Assembly (NCBI GenBank): GCA_017453285.1
Contig: JAFTKL010000008.1
Span: 14,434-78,433, forward strand
Direction of reading: 5' to 3'
DNA from: Clostridia bacterium
GTDB lineage: Bacteria; Bacillota; Clostridia; Oscillospirales; CAG-272
DNA length: 64,000 bases
The position numbers and the translations under genes were made by a program. The notes beneath the pieces are model-generated. The model did no database searches and was not told the DNA's origin. It saw nothing but the letters and a program-made list of their open reading frames with translations. Positions 61,063 through 64,000 of the stretch are shown here, in pieces (position 1 is the first letter of the stretch; every line of letters starts with the position of its first letter).

Positions 61063-62747
61063 GAACACTTGAATATAACGTGGATCTTTGCGTTGTCGGC
61101 GGTGGAATGTCGGGACTCTGCTGTGCGATAGCCGCGGCGCGACACGGCATAAAGGTCGCGCTCATCCAGGACAGAGCCGTGCTTGGCGGAAATGCGTCAA
61201 GCGAGATCAGAATGTGGATAGGCGGAGCGCACGGCAAGGATAACCGCGAGGGCGGCATCATCGAGGAGATCTTCCTTGAAAACTTTTATCAGAACCCCTC
61301 TCTCAAATATCCGATATGGGACAGCGTACTCTATGAGAAGGCAATACTCGAGGAAAATATCACTCTATTGCTCAACTCCTCTTGCCTTGATGCTACGATG
61401 GATAAAAACAGGATCGTCAGCGTAAAGGCGTGGCAGTCGAATGCGGAGACCTTTCACGTGGTACGCGCCAAATATTTTGCAGACTGCTCGGGCGATTCCA
61501 TCCTCTGCCCGCTGACGAATGCCGAATATATGTACGGCAGAGAGGCAAAGGCGGAGTTTGGCGAGAGTATACCGCCCGACGTGGCAGACAAAAAGACTAT
61601 GGGAATGAGCTGTCTGTTTCAGATCCGCGAGACCGATCACAAGGTCGAATTCACTCCGCCATCCTGGGCATATAAATACGAAACTGATGCCGATCTGCCC
61701 TACAAGGATCACAACAGGGGCAACAACTTCTGGTGGATAGAGATCGGCGGCGAATGGGATTGCATCCACGACACCGACAAATGCCGCGATGAGCTTCTGA
61801 AGATATGCTACGGCGTTTGGGATCATATGAAAAACCGTGGCGAGCACGACGTTGACAATTGGGAGCTTGAGTGGATAGGATTTTTGCCCGGCAAGCGCGA
61901 GAGCCGCAGATATATCGGAAAATATATAGTCACGCAGAACGACGTTGAGGCGGAGGGACGCTTTGACGACATAGTTGCCTACGCAGGCTGGACTATGGAC
62001 GACCACTTTCCCGAGGGCTTTTACTACCGTGCAGGGCATCCGACGATCTATCATCCCGCACCACAGCCCTGGGGACTTCCTTTGCGCTGTATGATCTCGA
62101 AAAATATCGAAAATCTCGTATTTGCGGGCAGAAATATCAGCGTAACACACGCCGCGCTCTCTTCCTCGAGAGTTATGGCGACCTGCGCTATTCTTGGTCA
62201 GGCACTCGGTACGGCGGTGGCTCTTGCGACAGAGAGCGGCAAAAGCGTCGAGGACGTGGACATCGCAAAGCTACAACAGACTCTTATGGAGGACGACTGC
62301 TACATTCCGTGGCACCGCCGCGAGCTGCCTGCTCTTACGAAAAACGCATACTGCAGCGCAGAGATCGTGCGCAACGGGCTTGACCGCGGAGAAGAAAATC
62401 TCTGGATCGGCAAAGAGGGTGAGGGCATCGAATATATCTTTGACGGCGACGTTGACCTGCAGGAAATAAGATTGGTATTTGATAACGATATGAATAGAAA
62501 ATATCACAATATGCCCTGCAATTATCCGCTGATCCAGGATAAATTCAAGCTTCCGCGCACGCTCATAAAGGAATATATACTCGAGGGCGAGGACTCGGAG
62601 GGCAACAGCTTTAACATTCACGTCACCGACTCGTATCAGCGATTCGTAAGACATAACGTCGGCAAAAAGGTCTGCCGCCTGCGCTTTATCCCCCTCTCCA
62701 CCCACGGAGCAAAGGATTTCAGGCTTTTCTCATTTGAGGTACGCTGA
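61059..62747 (+). CDS. FAD-dependent oxidoreductase (FAD_oxidored-like)
   Basis: The start was moved to [49 protein letters not shown]. Confidence 0.8.
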   Translation: [562 protein letters not shown]

Positions 62748-62825
62748 GAGCCTTCATTTGTAACAAATTGTTAACACACTACTCTCTCGCTTTGTGATAT
62801 AATTAAAAAAACGGAGGTGGCGGAT

Positions 62826-64000
62826 ATGACTGATCACGAATTGTTTTTATCAATAAACGAGCCTTTTGCAGCAGGTCTTTTTGAACTTGAGGGCGCGTCG
62901 CCCATGATCCGATTTGCCAACGCGCTCAAGCGTTTCTGGGAGAGCGCGGCTCTTCCGCCCTACGCGAGCGGCAGACTCTACCCGTCGGGCAGAAATATAT
63001 TCACCTTTAGCGGAGAGTACGCAGTAAAGCCACACAACTCTAACGTCTTTGAGGTCAATTGGTCTCTGCTCTCGTCCAAGAGCGAGAGAGCCTGCGAGCT
63101 TATGCGCGCCGAGTACGACCTCGTCTTTAAATTCTACGGCAATCCGCACACGGTCGGAGGAATGGGCTGGACTCACTCCTTTCCGAACTACACAAGAATT
63201 CTTCGCGACGGGCTCTCGGGCTACGAAGCGAGGGTAAGCGCGCTCGAGGATGGCGACTTCAAGCAGAGTCTGCTGATACTGCTTGAGGGAATAAAGCTCT
63301 ACCGCGCGCGCTGTCTTGAGCATCTGAGAGAGCAGAATGCGCCGAGCGAGCTTATCTCGGCTCTGCAGAGAATGCCCTACGAGACACCGAAGAGCTTTTA
63401 CGAAGCGCTAATCTCGCTCAACTTCTGCTATTATCTCGACGGCTGTGACGACATCGGACCTATCGACCGCACGCTCCTGCCCTACTACAAGGGCGAGGAC
63501 ATCGACGAGCTGGTCGGACTCTTCCGTGAGTTTTTCAAAAACGTAGACGTAAACGACGGCTGGTCGGGCACACTCGGACCTGAGTACAACGAGCTGACGC
63601 GCGCCGCTATCCGCGCGATAAAGAACGGACGGCGACCTAATCTTCAGCTACTTGTCACAAAGGATATGCCCGATTGGGTATGGCAGGAATGCGCCGACAC
63701 GCTCTCAAGCAGCTGCGGTCAGCCTGCGTTTTACAACTATGCGCTCTACACCGAGCGTCTGCGTCTGCTGATGCCCGACGTACCCGAGGAGGATATGCGC
63801 CGCATAGCCTTCGGCGGATGCACCGAGACTATGTTCGAGGGGCTCTCGAACGTCGGCTCGGACGATGCGGGCATAAACACCGCGCTCGTGCTCTCGGACT
63901 ATATGCGCCGCGAGCTTGCGAGCCGCGATAGCTACGAGGACTTCTATCTTGGCTACGTGGAAGAGCTGAGGCGGGTTATTGCCGAGGTTGAGGATCTCGT
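62826..64000 (+). CDS. Second PFL-like / glycyl-radical-enzyme-family protein, 5' part (runs off the right edge)
   Basis: Manual translation from the ATG at 62826 (RBS GGAGGTGG) gives MTDHELFLSINEPF... The frame stays open to the window end. It shows P.SFYEAL, SCGQPAFYNY and FGGCTETMFEG (a GCxE Cys-loop), paralogous to 53531-55753. It is absent from the ORF track because no stop lies in the window. Confidence 0.7.
   Translation, partial: MTDHELFLSINEPFAAGLFELEGASPMIRFANALKRFWESAALPPYASGRLYPSGRNIFTFSGEYAVKPHNSNVFEVNWSLLSSKSERACELMRAEYDLVFKFYGNPHTVGGMGWTHSFPNYTRILRDGLSGYEARVSALEDGDFKQSLLILLEGIKLYRARCLEHLREQNAPSELISALQRMPYETPKSFYEALISLNFCYYLDGCDDIGPIDRTLLPYYKGEDIDELVGLFREFFKNVDVNDGWSGTLGPEYNELTRAAIRAIKNGRRPNLQLLVTKDMPDWVWQECADTLSSSCGQPAFYNYALYTERLRLLMPDVPEEDMRRIAFGGCTETMFEGLSNVGSDDAGINTALVLSDYMRRELASRDSYEDFYLGYVEELRRVIAEVEDL

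Noticed and set aside
62760-62790. The near-palindrome TGTAACAAATTGTTAACA upstream of GRE2 as a cre or LacI-type operator.
   Set aside because: The palindrome is imperfect and lacks the central CG of cre. With a single occurrence I cannot support it.

Overview
This 64-kb window looks like a chromosomal segment from a spore-forming, moderately GC-rich Clostridia-type Firmicute. Supporting signs are spoIVB, gatCAB, rpmF-yceD, a long type-2-like ileS, and many TTGACA-17-TATAAT promoters. The taxon call is inference only.

The standout is the left 14 kb. At least 12 consecutive same-strand paralogs (labelled BH0-BH11 here) encode a divergent right-handed beta-helix protein, and the array runs off the left edge. 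They come in two architectures. Six are lipoproteins with a SAF-like N-terminal module. Six are leaderless short forms that start at the SAF/beta-helix boundary. The units are separated by a conserved terminator/promoter cassette.

Next to the array, an AT-rich 1.44-kb insertion is bracketed by 181-bp direct repeats of a terminator+promoter+leader module.

The second theme is a dispersed family of REP-like elements of the form GTAGGG plus a hairpin, with compensatory stem variation. An IS200-like HUH/Y1 (RAYT-like) gene carries two of these hairpins inside its own reading frame. A structured intergenic module of about 226 bp is present in 2.5 copies.

The right 11 kb holds an uncharacterised glycyl-radical-enzyme cluster: two PFL-like paralogs, one activase, two FAD oxidoreductases, an M14-like protein, a sialidase-fold protein and two AraC regulators.

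The rest is ordinary: a Cd/Zn-type P-type ATPase operon with an ArsR regulator, asnA, a MATE pump, a sugar oxidoreductase cluster, tRNA-Ser(GGA), a LemA operon, a MarR-ABC-ABC operon and others. I found no rRNA, CRISPR array or prophage. Many long ORFs in the track are antisense shadows of real genes.

All family assignments come from motif recognition by eye. No database search was run.
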